A stretch of DNA of 27,825 nt from Planctomycetota bacterium (GCA_038060895.1 JBBTCT010000004.1:1-27825); one strand, 5' to 3'; counted from the first letter of the stretch, positions 1 to 9,591 are shown. The notes: a model not told the origin generated them from the sequence alone. Made by a program: numbers and translations.

Positions 1-231
1 GGGGGGGGGGCGCGGGGGGGGGGGAAGTGTCCCGCAGCCGGCTTCCGCGAGATCCCCACGGCCTCCGCCACCGCGTCCCGTCAGGCGTCCGGCTTCGCCG
101 GCCGCCCCGACCGCGCCGCTCCGCGGCGCGGTGGAAGTGTCCGAAACACTGGATTCAACTAACCTGTTTTGGATTAATCCGGATTCGGGTTTAGAAAGAC
201 CGCTCCTCCTCCATCCCGCAGAGGACGCGAC

Positions 232-501
232 GTGACGAAGTCTGTCTTTACCCCCGAGTACGAGCGTTTCCGGCTCGAGCTCGTTACCGCCCGGAAGAAA
301 GCCAGGGTGACCCAGGTCGCCCTCGCCAAGAGACTGCATCAGCCGCAGTCCTTCGTCTCCAAGTACGAGCGCGGCGAGCGCCGCCTGGATGTCGTTGAGT
401 TCTTCGGCGTCGCTCGAGCTCTGCGCATCGATCCCTTCAAGCTCCTCCGCCGGCTGTGGCACGACGCGCCGGTGGACGGATCGAAAAGGCGCACCCCATG
501 A
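232..501 (+). CDS. XRE-family HTH regulator, putative RM controller (C-like) protein
   Basis: HTH_3 pattern TQVALAKRLHQPQSFVSKYERGERRLDVVEF; GTG start with GAGG upstream; stop overlaps the REase ATG (ATGA 498-501). Confidence 0.85.
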   Translation: MTKSVFTPEYERFRLELVTARKKARVTQVALAKRLHQPQSFVSKYERGERRLDVVEFFGVARALRIDPFKLLRRLWHDAPVDGSKRRTP

Positions 502-1091
502 AAGTCATCAAGGTTGAAACGCTGATTTCCAAGGGCGTTTTCGCGGAAGGCAAGGAGTGGGGCGATTTGCGCGCGTCGATCGTCGATGCGATTCGCGTTA
601 TGGATTGGCCCGCCGGATCGGGAAAGTTCACGATTCGGCCGGAGAGAAAGGGCAACGGCGTCAAGCCGATCAAGGACCAGCTCATCGCCCAGCTCAAGAA
701 GCTTGGGTGGACACCCGAAAGGCCCCTCGACATCGCGACCGTACAGAGACCCGGCGATCTCGACGCCGTCTACGACACGACCTCGGGGCCGTGCGCGCTC
801 GAATGGGAGACGGGCAATATTTCGTCCAGCCACCGCGCGCTCAACAAAATGGCCCTGGGGTTGCTCCTCGGGCGTCTGGCAGGCGGCGTCCTCGTTGTGC
901 CCACTCGCGCTTTCTACAAGTACCTGACCGACCGGGTGGGCAATTTCGAGGAGATTCAGCCTTACCTGCCGCTCTGGAAATCCATCCCCGTCAAGCGCGG
1001 ACTCCTGGAGATCATCGTCGTGGAGCACGACGCCACAAGCGCGACTGTCGCGAAAATCCCGAAGGGGACGGATGGCCGCGCGCGCCGGTAG
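498..1091 (+). CDS. Type II restriction endonuclease, BamHI/OkrAI family (probable GGATCC)
   Basis: Motifs GNGVKPIK, PGDLDAV, LEWETGNISSSHRALNKM, YLTDRVGNFEEIQPY and IPKGTDGRA are as recalled for BamHI/OkrAI. Start taken at ATG 498 (MKVIKVETL). Confidence 0.9.
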   Translation: MKVIKVETLISKGVFAEGKEWGDLRASIVDAIRVMDWPAGSGKFTIRPERKGNGVKPIKDQLIAQLKKLGWTPERPLDIATVQRPGDLDAVYDTTSGPCALEWETGNISSSHRALNKMALGLLLGRLAGGVLVVPTRAFYKYLTDRVGNFEEIQPYLPLWKSIPVKRGLLEIIVVEHDATSATVAKIPKGTDGRARR

Positions 1092-1094
1092 GCG

Positions 1095-1997
1095 CTATCC
1101 CTCGATGAAATCGTCATTCTTGTGCGAGGCGATCTCGCCCGCCTCCATCCGATCCACAGTTTCCTGCGCGTAGTCGATCTCGATCCCGAGCCAGCGACGG
1201 CGCTTCTGCTGTGCAACGGCAAACGTCGTTCCGCTGCCGCCGAAAGGATCGAGCACCATCTCGCCGGGGACGGTCGACATTTCGACGACACGATCGAGGA
1301 TTTTCGTCGAGAGAGCGTTCGCCTTGCGGTTCTTCGACTTGAATTTCCAGTGGCGCACCGGAGGGACGTCGCTCCAGACGTCTTTGAGATTCACGCCCTT
1401 GGGGTTCATGGCGTCGCGGTGCCCGCCGTAGTCCTTCACCTCGCCCCCGCAGTGCCGGCACGTCTGGATCGGCGTGCGGATCTTGCGGAAGGTCTTGGGC
1501 TTGCCTTTCGTGTAGTAGAGCAGGCTGTAGTGGCTGGGATGCAGCCGTCCCGTGATCGGAAGGCATGCGCTGATCTCGATCGCGATCCAGTGCCGGAATT
1601 GAAGGCCAAGCTCAGTCAGGTAGGCGCCCAGGAGCACGTTCCAGCGCGGCAGGTTGTAGACGAAGACCGCGCCGCCGGGCTTCGTCACACGGACGCACTC
1701 CGCAAGCCAGCGTCGGCACCAGGTCAGGTACTCCTCGTCCGCGCGGCGGTCGTTCGTGTTCGCGCCGTACTTCTTGCCGATGTTGAAAGGCGGGTCCGCG
1801 AAGACCGTATCGACGACTTCATCGCGGATCATCGGCAAGACGTTGAGGCAGTCGCCGGCGAAGAGCGCCCCGAGGTCGGTCGAGTAGAAAGGCGACACCG
1901 CGGAGCGGGGTTCTTTGAGATAGGGAGCAAGGTCCAGGTGCTCGCTCTTGAATCCGAGACGAGGATGTGACCGTGAGACCGCTGCGTTTCCCGCCAT
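1095..1997 (-). CDS. Beta-class N4-C/N6-A DNA methyltransferase, likely cognate of the REase
   Basis: Catalytic motif FADPPFN precedes the SAM-binding motif VLDPFGGSGTT (beta order); CRHC element. Start ATG 1997 has GAGGT upstream; alternative start 2018. Confidence 0.9.
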   Translation of the reverse strand: MAGNAAVSRSHPRLGFKSEHLDLAPYLKEPRSAVSPFYSTDLGALFAGDCLNVLPMIRDEVVDTVFADPPFNIGKKYGANTNDRRADEEYLTWCRRWLAECVRVTKPGGAVFVYNLPRWNVLLGAYLTELGLQFRHWIAIEISACLPITGRLHPSHYSLLYYTKGKPKTFRKIRTPIQTCRHCGGEVKDYGGHRDAMNPKGVNLKDVWSDVPPVRHWKFKSKNRKANALSTKILDRVVEMSTVPGEMVLDPFGGSGTTFAVAQQKRRRWLGIEIDYAQETVDRMEAGEIASHKNDDFIEG

Positions 1998-2006
1998 AGG
2001 CACCTC

Positions 2007-2034
2007 AGGATATTCCAATTTCGGTTACTGTCAA
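2007..2034 (-). promoter_or_regulatory. Sigma70-like promoter candidate for the MTase
   Basis: Minus strand reads TTGACA-16 nt-TATCCT, ending 9 nt before ATG 1997. Confidence 0.45.
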
Positions 2035-2231
2035 GTTCGTGCAGCCGCGACCGGCGGGGTCGATCGGCGGCGGGCACCCGTGTCTGACACATACTCTCAT
2101 ACGACATCTCGATGCCAGTCGCAAGACCCTGGCCGCTACATTGTCAGAAGTTCCGCCGGACGATCCCGCTACAATCCGTTCGGGTTGAGAAACGCGGGTC
2201 GGCTCGAGTCCACCGGAGGGAGGCTTCTGCG

Positions 2232-2825
2232 ATGAAAGCTCGATGGGCGCTAGTTTCGTTGGCGATGATCTTCTCCGGCTGCGCCGGCGTTACTTTTCCG
2301 AAAGATGCACTTCGAGCCATCCTTGAGGAAAGCAACAAGGCCACCAGCACAACCGCCAACGTGATCGCTGCGATCGAGCGAGCCAAGGGCGATGATCCCG
2401 ACCTGGTCAGGCAGCTGGGTCCTCAGGTGCTTGTTCTTCAGCAATTACACGATAACTTAGCCGCGAAGCAAACCGCGGCTCTACAGACTCTCGAACTCGC
2501 CGCAAAGACCGGTAGCAATTCCGATCAGAAAGATTGCGCCGAGACGCTGGGTGCCGCGGCGAAGGAGCTAAAAAGTCAGGTCGGCGACTACCAAAAACGC
2601 GTGCAGGATATGCGAAATGCCGCAGGCCTGAACTTCGACATGGTGCCGATGAGTTTAGATCTGACTTCAGACATCATCGCGGGCTTGGTTGATGCTGCGC
2701 TCAAGTGGTGGAAGGCCCTCGAAGAGCAAGAGCGCAAGGAGCGGGAGAACTTTGTCACCTACCTGCAGAGCTACCACGCTAAGACGTGGGATCAGATTCG
2801 GTCTGAGGTCACGAAACGAAAATAG
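2232..2825 (+). CDS. Hypothetical helical lipoprotein
   Basis: GGAGGGAGG RBS; MKARWALVSLAMIFSGC signal with lipobox; Ala/Gln/Glu-rich helical body. Confidence 0.75.
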   Translation: MKARWALVSLAMIFSGCAGVTFPKDALRAILEESNKATSTTANVIAAIERAKGDDPDLVRQLGPQVLVLQQLHDNLAAKQTAALQTLELAAKTGSNSDQKDCAETLGAAAKELKSQVGDYQKRVQDMRNAAGLNFDMVPMSLDLTSDIIAGLVDAALKWWKALEEQERKERENFVTYLQSYHAKTWDQIRSEVTKRK

Positions 2826-2955
2826 TTCCGGAGAAATGCGCCCGTCATGTTTCGGGACGCGCGCCGCAAGAGCGACAACATGTTCGTGTGCTATCGACTG
2901 GTCTTCCTACTTGCTCGGCAACGGGTACCGCGATTCAAAAGGAGAGCGACTACAG

Positions 2956-4863
2956 ATGAAGCCGACCCAACTGAAATTCCTGCTGGGAACCCTCTTCGTG
3001 TCCATCGTCCTGTCCGGCTGTGGGAAGCAGGACGAATCCCATCCGACGCCCGCCGCCACATCTTCAAGTTCTAGCGGACCGCAGGTTCCGCAGCCCGCTC
3101 CTGCTCCCGGGATGAGGCTTCCCGAGTTCCACGGGTTGTACGCGCTTGATGGGGATCGCCTTGTTGAGCTGGGCAAGCAGGCGAAGTTCGAGGACTGTGA
3201 ACTTGACTCAAAGGCGACCTTCATCCTGTTCGATAAGACGGTGTCCACTGGCCTCAGTTCCCTCGCAGGCTCGCCTCGACTTCAGCGTTCGGTATTCGTG
3301 CGGTATCGGGTTTCTGATGTCGTAATACTCGAAGACATCTCAGGCCTTCAAGAGGCAACTGTGTCCTCTTTGAATCAGTGGAAGAAAGAAGGAAAGCCAG
3401 TTGAGTGCCGGACCAAGCCAATTCCGGGGCAGGCCGACATGATTCAGATCGTTCCACCACAGCCTCTTCAGCCAGGTGCCTACGAATTCGCCAATTTCAA
3501 GGCGGTCTTCTCCGTTGCTCTCGCCCAGAACGAAAGGTGCGACGAATTTCAGGACTCATATCGACCAGTCGCCGACCTGGACAACCTGATGGTCCGAGGC
3601 AAAGCGCTCGCGACGGAGGCGCTTGAGGGTAAGGACTGGAAAAAAGTGCTCGCGTTGACTCGCGGAGCCTTGAAGGTCAGGAGCGATGACGCGCCCTTCA
3701 TCGGCCTTCGAAACGAAGCAAGCTACGGTTTGGCGATGGAGGAGGCAAGTCGGCTGGAGGCAGCTAAGGATTTTGGGGCTGCGCTCACGGCGTATAAGCG
3801 AGCTCGTGACTGGAAAAACTCCGACAAGGCAGCGGAGGAAGCTGTCTCGCGAGTACGAGACCTGGCTTCCAAGGACCCGGTCGCATTCGTCGAGATTTCA
3901 AAGTCGGCTCCCGTAGGCTCGGATTGTCCTCAGAGCCTTGCCTTCAGTGCGGACGGCAAGCGAGTGATTTTGGTTCGCGGCTGCCCAAACAGGTTCGAGC
4001 CTGTGGTGATCCTGACGCTGGAAGAGAACCTTCGAGGCATCGTGAGCAGGACTGAGCGGAACAACGGAGTCGGAATGATGCAGAAATTCGCGCTTAGCTC
4101 CGATGGCGGCGTTCTCGCCATTGGATCGCCCGATAGTCCCTACACGGGAGACGATCGCAGGATCGTTCTATGGGATGTGGCCAAGAACTGCGCTTCGAAG
4201 ACGATTGAAAACGTAGAAGGCAAATTCTGGTCCATGGCGTTTGACCGGGGCAAGACCCGTGTGGCAACTGGAGGGAATGACAAGATTTGGGTTTGGGAGG
4301 TCTCAGAGGGCGCTTCTCAGAAACCTGCATCGGCCGTGCACGAGGAGGAATCCTGGGTGACCGCGTTAACGTTCAGCGATGACGGAAAGCTCCTTGCTTC
4401 CGTCGGCGGGTCGGACTACGGCAAACGCGACGTCAAAGTCAAGATCTGGAATCCGACGTCTCTGAAGACGATTCAGACGTGCGTAGGACACCAAGCATTA
4501 GTCAATTCGATCGCTTTCAGTCGGGACGGAAAGCTTCTCGCGTCCGGAGGCGAGGAGCATATCGGATGGAACGACAGCGTCGTTAAGGTGTGGGATGTTC
4601 CGACTGGGAAAGAAATCCGCTCGTTTTCCGAAAAGAAATCCGAGGTAACCAGTCTAGTTTTTAGCCACGACGCGAAGTACGTCCTATCCGGAACGAAGGG
4701 CGGGAGAATCTTGGTCTGGAACATCGAGACCGGAAAGTGCTCCGCGGCTCTGCAGGGCCACACTGCTGCTGTCGGAATTCTCGTGCTTAACTCGGACGGC
4801 ACCCGACTGGCGAGTGCGAGTGCGGACGAAACAGTCCGAATGTGGGGCATGTCCGAGCGCTGA
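2956..4863 (+). CDS. Lipoprotein with TPR-like helices and C-terminal WD40 beta-propeller
   Basis: AGGAG RBS; MKPTQLKFLLGTLFVSIVLSGC lipobox; WD repeats such as GHQALVNSIAFSRDGKLLASGG..VKVWD and GHTAAV..LASASADETVRMW. Confidence 0.88.
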   Translation: MKPTQLKFLLGTLFVSIVLSGCGKQDESHPTPAATSSSSSGPQVPQPAPAPGMRLPEFHGLYALDGDRLVELGKQAKFEDCELDSKATFILFDKTVSTGLSSLAGSPRLQRSVFVRYRVSDVVILEDISGLQEATVSSLNQWKKEGKPVECRTKPIPGQADMIQIVPPQPLQPGAYEFANFKAVFSVALAQNERCDEFQDSYRPVADLDNLMVRGKALATEALEGKDWKKVLALTRGALKVRSDDAPFIGLRNEASYGLAMEEASRLEAAKDFGAALTAYKRARDWKNSDKAAEEAVSRVRDLASKDPVAFVEISKSAPVGSDCPQSLAFSADGKRVILVRGCPNRFEPVVILTLEENLRGIVSRTERNNGVGMMQKFALSSDGGVLAIGSPDSPYTGDDRRIVLWDVAKNCASKTIENVEGKFWSMAFDRGKTRVATGGNDKIWVWEVSEGASQKPASAVHEEESWVTALTFSDDGKLLASVGGSDYGKRDVKVKIWNPTSLKTIQTCVGHQALVNSIAFSRDGKLLASGGEEHIGWNDSVVKVWDVPTGKEIRSFSEKKSEVTSLVFSHDAKYVLSGTKGGRILVWNIETGKCSAALQGHTAAVGILVLNSDGTRLASASADETVRMWGMSER

Positions 4864-4998
4864 ATCGCAGGAGTGCGACCGCGAATACTCGGGTTTGCCG
4901 TTCAGTGCGCGGGAAAACGGCCTGAGTGCCGGATGATCGACGACCGCGCGCGCCTTGCCCTGACCGGGGCTTTGGGTTTCTCCAGGTCAAACAATGAG

Positions 4999-5024
4999 CC
5001 GCCCCGACGAGTTCGCCGGGGCGG
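4999..5024. terminator. GC-rich hairpin between convergent genes
   Basis: CCGCCCCG...CGGGGCGG stem; no clear U tract. Confidence 0.35.
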
Positions 5025-5050
5025 GGAGGGGTTCGACCTGATCGTACTCC

Positions 5051-6049
5051 CTACCTATGCCTGTGTCCGAAAGGCCAGTTGAGGTAGTACTGCACATTGT
5101 CCAGCGTGCGGCTGTAATGGTGGCCGCCATGACTCCAGGAGTGTCCGCCGTGGTAGTACGTCGAAGGGCGGTAGTAAGAGTGCCGGCTGCCCGACCGATA
5201 GCAGCTGCCGGAGGAATAGTAGCCGTCGTCCGACAGGTACGAGTAAGCCGGCTCGCAGCTGCTGCCGTAGTACGTGGATGAAGAATGGTAGTTCCCGGGC
5301 ACGATCACGAGCCGCGTCGGAACCTGCACGATGTCGCGGATCACCCTCACGTTCGAATTCGTCGGCGAGGTGTACACGCGCGTGGGTGGATTGGCGATCA
5401 GCTCTTCCGGCGTCGGAGCGGGTTCGACCTTCGCCGCGTTCGGATCCGGTTCTTCCTTACCTTCGAAGATGGCCACGGCGCGGATGCCGCGGGCGAAGCG
5501 TTCGTCGTCGCGGAACTCGAATTCGGTCGTGACGTTTTTCGCGACGGCGAGCTCGCGGAAGGACTCCTCATTGGCCCAGCGGACGCGATAGAGGCCGCTC
5601 GGCACTTTCAGTTCGGCGCGCGAACCATTGAGCAGGACGGTCGCGCTGCTGATCTCGCCCTGCACGAGGACGATTTCGCGTTCGTGCGAGTAGACCAGGA
5701 CGCTCACGATTCCTTTGGCGACGTTGCGCACCGTGAGGGCCGCGTCCTTCACTTCTTCCGTCGACTTGATCGGGTCGCCCTTCGGGATCGGGGCGGGCCT
5801 GCCGGAACCTTTGACAGGCGCCTGCTTGCCTCGCACCGAGACCATGTACTTGATGACGACGGGGGAGACCTTCTTCTTCTGGAGCTCAACGAGTTCCTTC
5901 GCCGAAAGCTCGAAGGCGCTTCCGTCCGCCTTCAACTGGTCGAGGATGATGTCGTCGGAGACGCCCGCCTCGGTGAGCTGCACGACCTCTTCGACGGAGA
6001 GGGCAGCAGCGGGCGCGGCGAGTGCGAGGAAGAGTGCGAGCGCGCGCAT
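5051..6049 (-). CDS. Secreted hypothetical protein with Tyr/His/Ser/Gly-rich C-terminus
   Basis: GAGGT RBS; signal MRALALFLALAAPAAA; helical N-domain LSVEEVVQLTEAGVSDDIIL; low-complexity tail. Confidence 0.75.
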   Translation of the reverse strand: MRALALFLALAAPAAALSVEEVVQLTEAGVSDDIILDQLKADGSAFELSAKELVELQKKKVSPVVIKYMVSVRGKQAPVKGSGRPAPIPKGDPIKSTEEVKDAALTVRNVAKGIVSVLVYSHEREIVLVQGEISSATVLLNGSRAELKVPSGLYRVRWANEESFRELAVAKNVTTEFEFRDDERFARGIRAVAIFEGKEEPDPNAAKVEPAPTPEELIANPPTRVYTSPTNSNVRVIRDIVQVPTRLVIVPGNYHSSSTYYGSSCEPAYSYLSDDGYYSSGSCYRSGSRHSYYRPSTYYHGGHSWSHGGHHYSRTLDNVQYYLNWPFGHRHR

Positions 6050-6130
6050 GGAACACCTCTTGAGTTTGTACGGCCCCCTGACGTGCGAAGAGTAGCTCTT
6101 GTGGCTTGGGTAGCACAAGTCGAAACAGCG

Positions 6131-6290
6131 GGGAAAACGGCGGGGGATGGGGTAACGGCGGGATTGGGATAGGGGGGGATGGGGATTGGGATGGGGATTG
6201 GGATAGGGCGCGTGGAACCAGGCGTTGCTGTTTGCCCAATCCCCATCCCCATCCCCATCCCGCTCTCACCCCATCCCCTGTCGTTTTCCC
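6131..6290. repeat. ~160 bp imperfect palindromic element built from GGGGAT/ATCCCC hexamers (copy 1)
   Basis: Left arm GGGAAAACGGCGGGGGATGGGGTAACGGCGGGAT; right arm reverse-complements to GGGAAAACGACAGGGGATGGGGTGAGAGCGGGAT. Confidence 0.8.
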
Positions 6291-8089
6291 TACTTCCCAT
6301 GCACCGCATCTATCACACTCAGCAACAATTCCCGCTGCAGCTTGAGCGCCTGCGGCATCGTGCTCCCGATGCTGTCAAAGAACTCCTTCGTGCTCGTCAG
6401 CTCCTGCTTCCACTCGTTCAGGTCCACCGCCGTCGCCGCCTTGAACGCCTCGCTCTTGATGTCGAGCCCCGACAGGTCGATGTCCCCTTCGCGCGGCACC
6501 CAGCCCACCGGCGTCTCCTGCCCGCCCGTGCGCACCAGCGCGCGGTCGATGATCCACTTCAGGACGCGCATGTTCTCGCCGTAGCCCGGCCAGAGGAACT
6601 TGCCGTCCTTGCCCTTACGGAACCAGTTCACCATGAAAATGCGCGGCACGTTGGTCAGCTTCGCGCGCATCTCGAGCCAGTGCTGGAAGTAGTCGCCCAT
6701 GTTGTAGCCGCAGAAAGGCAGCATCGCCATCGGGTCGCGCCGCACGACGCCGACCGCGCCCGTCGCCGCCGCCGTCGTCTCGCTTCCCATCGTCGCGCCC
6801 ATGTACACGCCGTGCACCCAGTTCACCGCCTGCAGCACGAGCGGCACCGTCGTCGCCCGCCGGCCGCCGAAGATGATCGCGCTGATCGGCACGCCTTCCG
6901 GGTCGTCCACGTGCTTGGAGAGGACGGGGTTGTTGGCCATCGGGGCCGTGAAGCGGCTGTTGGGGTGCGCGGCCTTTTCGGTCGAGTCCTTCGTCCACGG
7001 GCGCCCCTGCCAGTCCACCGTCCCCGCGGGCGCTTCGTTGTCCATGCCCTCCCACCAGATGTCGCCGTCCGGCGTGAGGGCGACGTTCGTGAAGAGCGTG
7101 TTCCTGGTGAGCGACTTCATCGCGCTGGGGTTTGACTTGAAGCTCGTGCCGGGAGCGACGCCGAAGTAGCCGGCCTCAGGGTTGATCGCCCAGAGTCGGC
7201 CGTCCGGGCCCGGGCGCAGCCACGCGATGTCGTCGCCGACGGTGAAGACCTTCCATCCTTCGAACCGGTGCGGCGGCAGCAGCATCGCGAAGTTCGTCTT
7301 CCCGCACGCGCTCGGAAACGCCGCCGCGACGTACGTTTTCTGTCCCTCGGGTGACTCGACGCCGAGGATCAGCATGTGCTCGGCGAGCCAGCCTTCGCGT
7401 TTCGCGAGGTAGCTTCCGATGCGAAGAGCGAGGCACTTCTTGCCGAGAAGCGCATTTCCGCCGTAGCCGCTTCCCACGGACCAGATCAGGTTTTCCTGCG
7501 GGTAGTGGGTGATGTACCGGCGGTCGGGGTGCACATCGAGGAGGCAGTGGATGCCGCGGTTGAAGCCGGGATCGTCGCCGAGCATGTCGAGTGCGGCCTT
7601 GCCCATGCGGGTCATGATCCGCATGTTCAGGACGACGTAGACCGAGTCCGTGATCTCGATGCCGACCTTCGAAGACGGCGAGCCGAGCGGGCCCATGACG
7701 TACGGCACGACGTACATCGTCCGGCCGCGCATCGCGCCGTCGCAGAGCTTGCTGAGCTTCTGCTTCGCTTCTTCCGGCGCCATCCACTTGTTCGTCGGGC
7801 CGGCTTCCTGCTGCGTCGGCGTGCAGATGAACGTGAGGTGCTCGACGCGCGCGACGTCGTTGGGGTTCGAGCGATGCAGGTAGCAGCCGGGGCGCTTCTT
7901 CTGGTTGAGCTGGATCAGCACGCCCGCTTCGACGGCTTCCTTCGTGAAGCGGTCCCGTTCCTTTTCCGAGCCGTCGCACCAGACGACGCGGTCGGGCTTC
8001 GTGAGCTGGGCGACCTCGTCGACCCACGTGAGGAGGGCCTTGTTTTTCGTCGGGGGTTTTGCGGCGCCGGTGGTGGCGGAGGTGGGCAT
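6290..8089 (-). CDS. pckG: Phosphoenolpyruvate carboxykinase (GTP)
   Basis: [59 protein letters not shown]. Confidence 0.97.
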   Translation of the reverse strand: MPTSATTGAAKPPTKNKALLTWVDEVAQLTKPDRVVWCDGSEKERDRFTKEAVEAGVLIQLNQKKRPGCYLHRSNPNDVARVEHLTFICTPTQQEAGPTNKWMAPEEAKQKLSKLCDGAMRGRTMYVVPYVMGPLGSPSSKVGIEITDSVYVVLNMRIMTRMGKAALDMLGDDPGFNRGIHCLLDVHPDRRYITHYPQENLIWSVGSGYGGNALLGKKCLALRIGSYLAKREGWLAEHMLILGVESPEGQKTYVAAAFPSACGKTNFAMLLPPHRFEGWKVFTVGDDIAWLRPGPDGRLWAINPEAGYFGVAPGTSFKSNPSAMKSLTRNTLFTNVALTPDGDIWWEGMDNEAPAGTVDWQGRPWTKDSTEKAAHPNSRFTAPMANNPVLSKHVDDPEGVPISAIIFGGRRATTVPLVLQAVNWVHGVYMGATMGSETTAAATGAVGVVRRDPMAMLPFCGYNMGDYFQHWLEMRAKLTNVPRIFMVNWFRKGKDGKFLWPGYGENMRVLKWIIDRALVRTGGQETPVGWVPREGDIDLSGLDIKSEAFKAATAVDLNEWKQELTSTKEFFDSIGSTMPQALKLQRELLLSVIDAVHGK

Positions 8090-8223
8090 GAGGGATCTCC
8101 AGGTGAGGGCGGGCTTTTATTAGAAGACCGGGGGAAGGTTGGGGCGAGGAAAAGGATCGGCGTCGGGCGTTGAGTTTGGAGGGAGCGGGAATGTCGCCCG
8201 GGTTCGAGGTCAGGGGGCGTGGC

Positions 8224-8943
8224 TCACGGTGCGGGCACGGAGCCTCCGGCTGGGGCCAGGCGCTTCTCGGCATCCGCCAGCACCCGGAAGATGGCGGCGG
8301 CGTCGGGGGCCTCGAGCAGTTCCCGGACGGCGTCGGGCCTGGCGAGCATCGTGGAGAGCTTGGTGAGCCAGGGGAGGTGGAGTTCGTCGTACTTGAGGCC
8401 GAGGACGAAGAATAGGTGGGTGGGCTGGCCGTCGAGGGAGTCGAAATCGACGCCGGCGTGCGAACGGCCGAGGATCATGAACGGCCGGGTGACCTGCTGC
8501 GGGTTCCGGCGGACCGTGTGGAGGAAGGCGATCCCGTTGCCCGTGGCGGAGGGCATGACGTTCTCGCGTTCGATGAGCGCGCCGACGAACCAGGTCTTGT
8601 CGCGAACGAGTCCGAGGCGATGTGCCGCGGTCGCGAGTTCCTCGATGGCGGCGTCCTTCGTCTTCGCCGAGAGGTCCGCCAGGACGTGGTCGGCCTGGAA
8701 ACAACTCGCGAGCTCCAGCATGCGCCGCGCTGGATCGGCGGGGAGGGGCCGCTCTACGAAGCGGGGCGTGACGCCGAGCATCTGGTCGTCCAGCCAGGTG
8801 TCGATCATGGCCTTGCGGAAGCGCCACTGGTTGCCGACTTTGACGCCCGGGATGGAGCCGTCGGCGACGAGCTTGAGGACCGTGCGCTCGTTGACGTTAA
8901 GGTAAGCGGCAAGCTGCTTTACGGTCATCAGCCGATCATCCAT
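8224..8943 (-). CDS. Excisionase-like HTH fused to PTS EIIA (Ntr/Fru-type) domain
   Basis: N-terminal LMTVKQLAAYLNVNERTV..IPGVKVGNQWRF; C-terminal EREN..ATGNGIAFLH (phospho-His position) and GVDFDSLDGQPTHLFF. Confidence 0.88.
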   Translation of the reverse strand: MDDRLMTVKQLAAYLNVNERTVLKLVADGSIPGVKVGNQWRFRKAMIDTWLDDQMLGVTPRFVERPLPADPARRMLELASCFQADHVLADLSAKTKDAAIEELATAAHRLGLVRDKTWFVGALIERENVMPSATGNGIAFLHTVRRNPQQVTRPFMILGRSHAGVDFDSLDGQPTHLFFVLGLKYDELHLPWLTKLSTMLARPDAVRELLEAPDAAAIFRVLADAEKRLAPAGGSVPAP

Positions 8944-9050
8944 GCCGCGCTCCCTGGGAGGCAAAAGGGCCTTGAGCTTGGTTCGACTCTTACGCCAAGT
9001 GCACCTGAGGTCAATACTTTGCATGCGGTTTCCGGGCCGGAAGAGCGGCC

Positions 9051-9452
9051 TTACAGCTCGGCTTCGATCCCCCTGACGGCTTCTTCGACCGTGGGGTAGA
9101 TGTCGAACTGGTCCGTGAGGCCGAGGTTCTCGATGAATGTGACCACACCGGCTGAAGGGCCGACGAGGGCGAGGCGTGCGGACCGCAGCCGAATTTCGGT
9201 GGACACTTTCATCAGCCCCTCAACGCCCGCCGTGGTGACCCGGTCCAGACTGGTGAGGTCGATCAGGATCCGCTGGTACTTCTTGTTGAGGATTCCCGCC
9301 ACGACGCGATCGAGCGCGTCGCTTCCGACACAATCGAGAACGCTGAGGAGCCTGACTTCAGCCGGGTCCAGGCCGGAGAGCGTCCAGGAGATGCGAAGGT
9401 AGCCGGCGATCAGGGATCGCGATTCCACCGGTTTTGACGTCGTCGGGTTCAT
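9051..9452 (-). CDS. STAS-domain anti-sigma factor antagonist
   Basis: ILIDLTSLDRVTTAGVEGL..LALVGPS..FIENLGLTDQFDIYPTVEEA; start uncertain. Confidence 0.75.
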   Translation of the reverse strand: MNPTTSKPVESRSLIAGYLRISWTLSGLDPAEVRLLSVLDCVGSDALDRVVAGILNKKYQRILIDLTSLDRVTTAGVEGLMKVSTEIRLRSARLALVGPSAGVVTFIENLGLTDQFDIYPTVEEAVRGIEAEL

Positions 9453-9561
9453 GGAGCGTACACCGAAAGGAACGATCCGCGGTCGAGCCGCCGCCGAATT
9501 CACTACAGTGCGTAGTAATACGTCGGATTACTGTAAATGGCAACAAATGTTGTAGAATGAC

Positions 9562-9591
9562 TTGACAGTTCATCGTATTACTTGCCATGAT
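9562..9591 (+). promoter_or_regulatory. Sigma70-like promoter candidate for the pentapeptide gene
   Basis: TTGACA (9562-9567), 18 nt, then CATGAT preceded by TG-n, inside an AT-rich divergent intergenic region. Confidence 0.5.

Noticed and set aside
1-24. Poly-G run at the window start
   Set aside because: Likely a contig-end or sequencing artefact; no function can be supported.
2826-2955. Possible integron attC site between the lipoprotein genes
   Set aside because: No convincing RYYYAAC/GTTRRRY pair and no integrase in the window.
6131-6290. Possible CRISPR array or coding IP/GI repeat
   Set aside because: These are hexamer repeats in inverted orientation with no spacers and no cas genes; the peptide repeats are by-products.
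8180-8215. GCCCGGGTTCGAGG resembling a tRNA T arm
   Set aside because: No complementary T stem, acceptor stem or anticodon arm.
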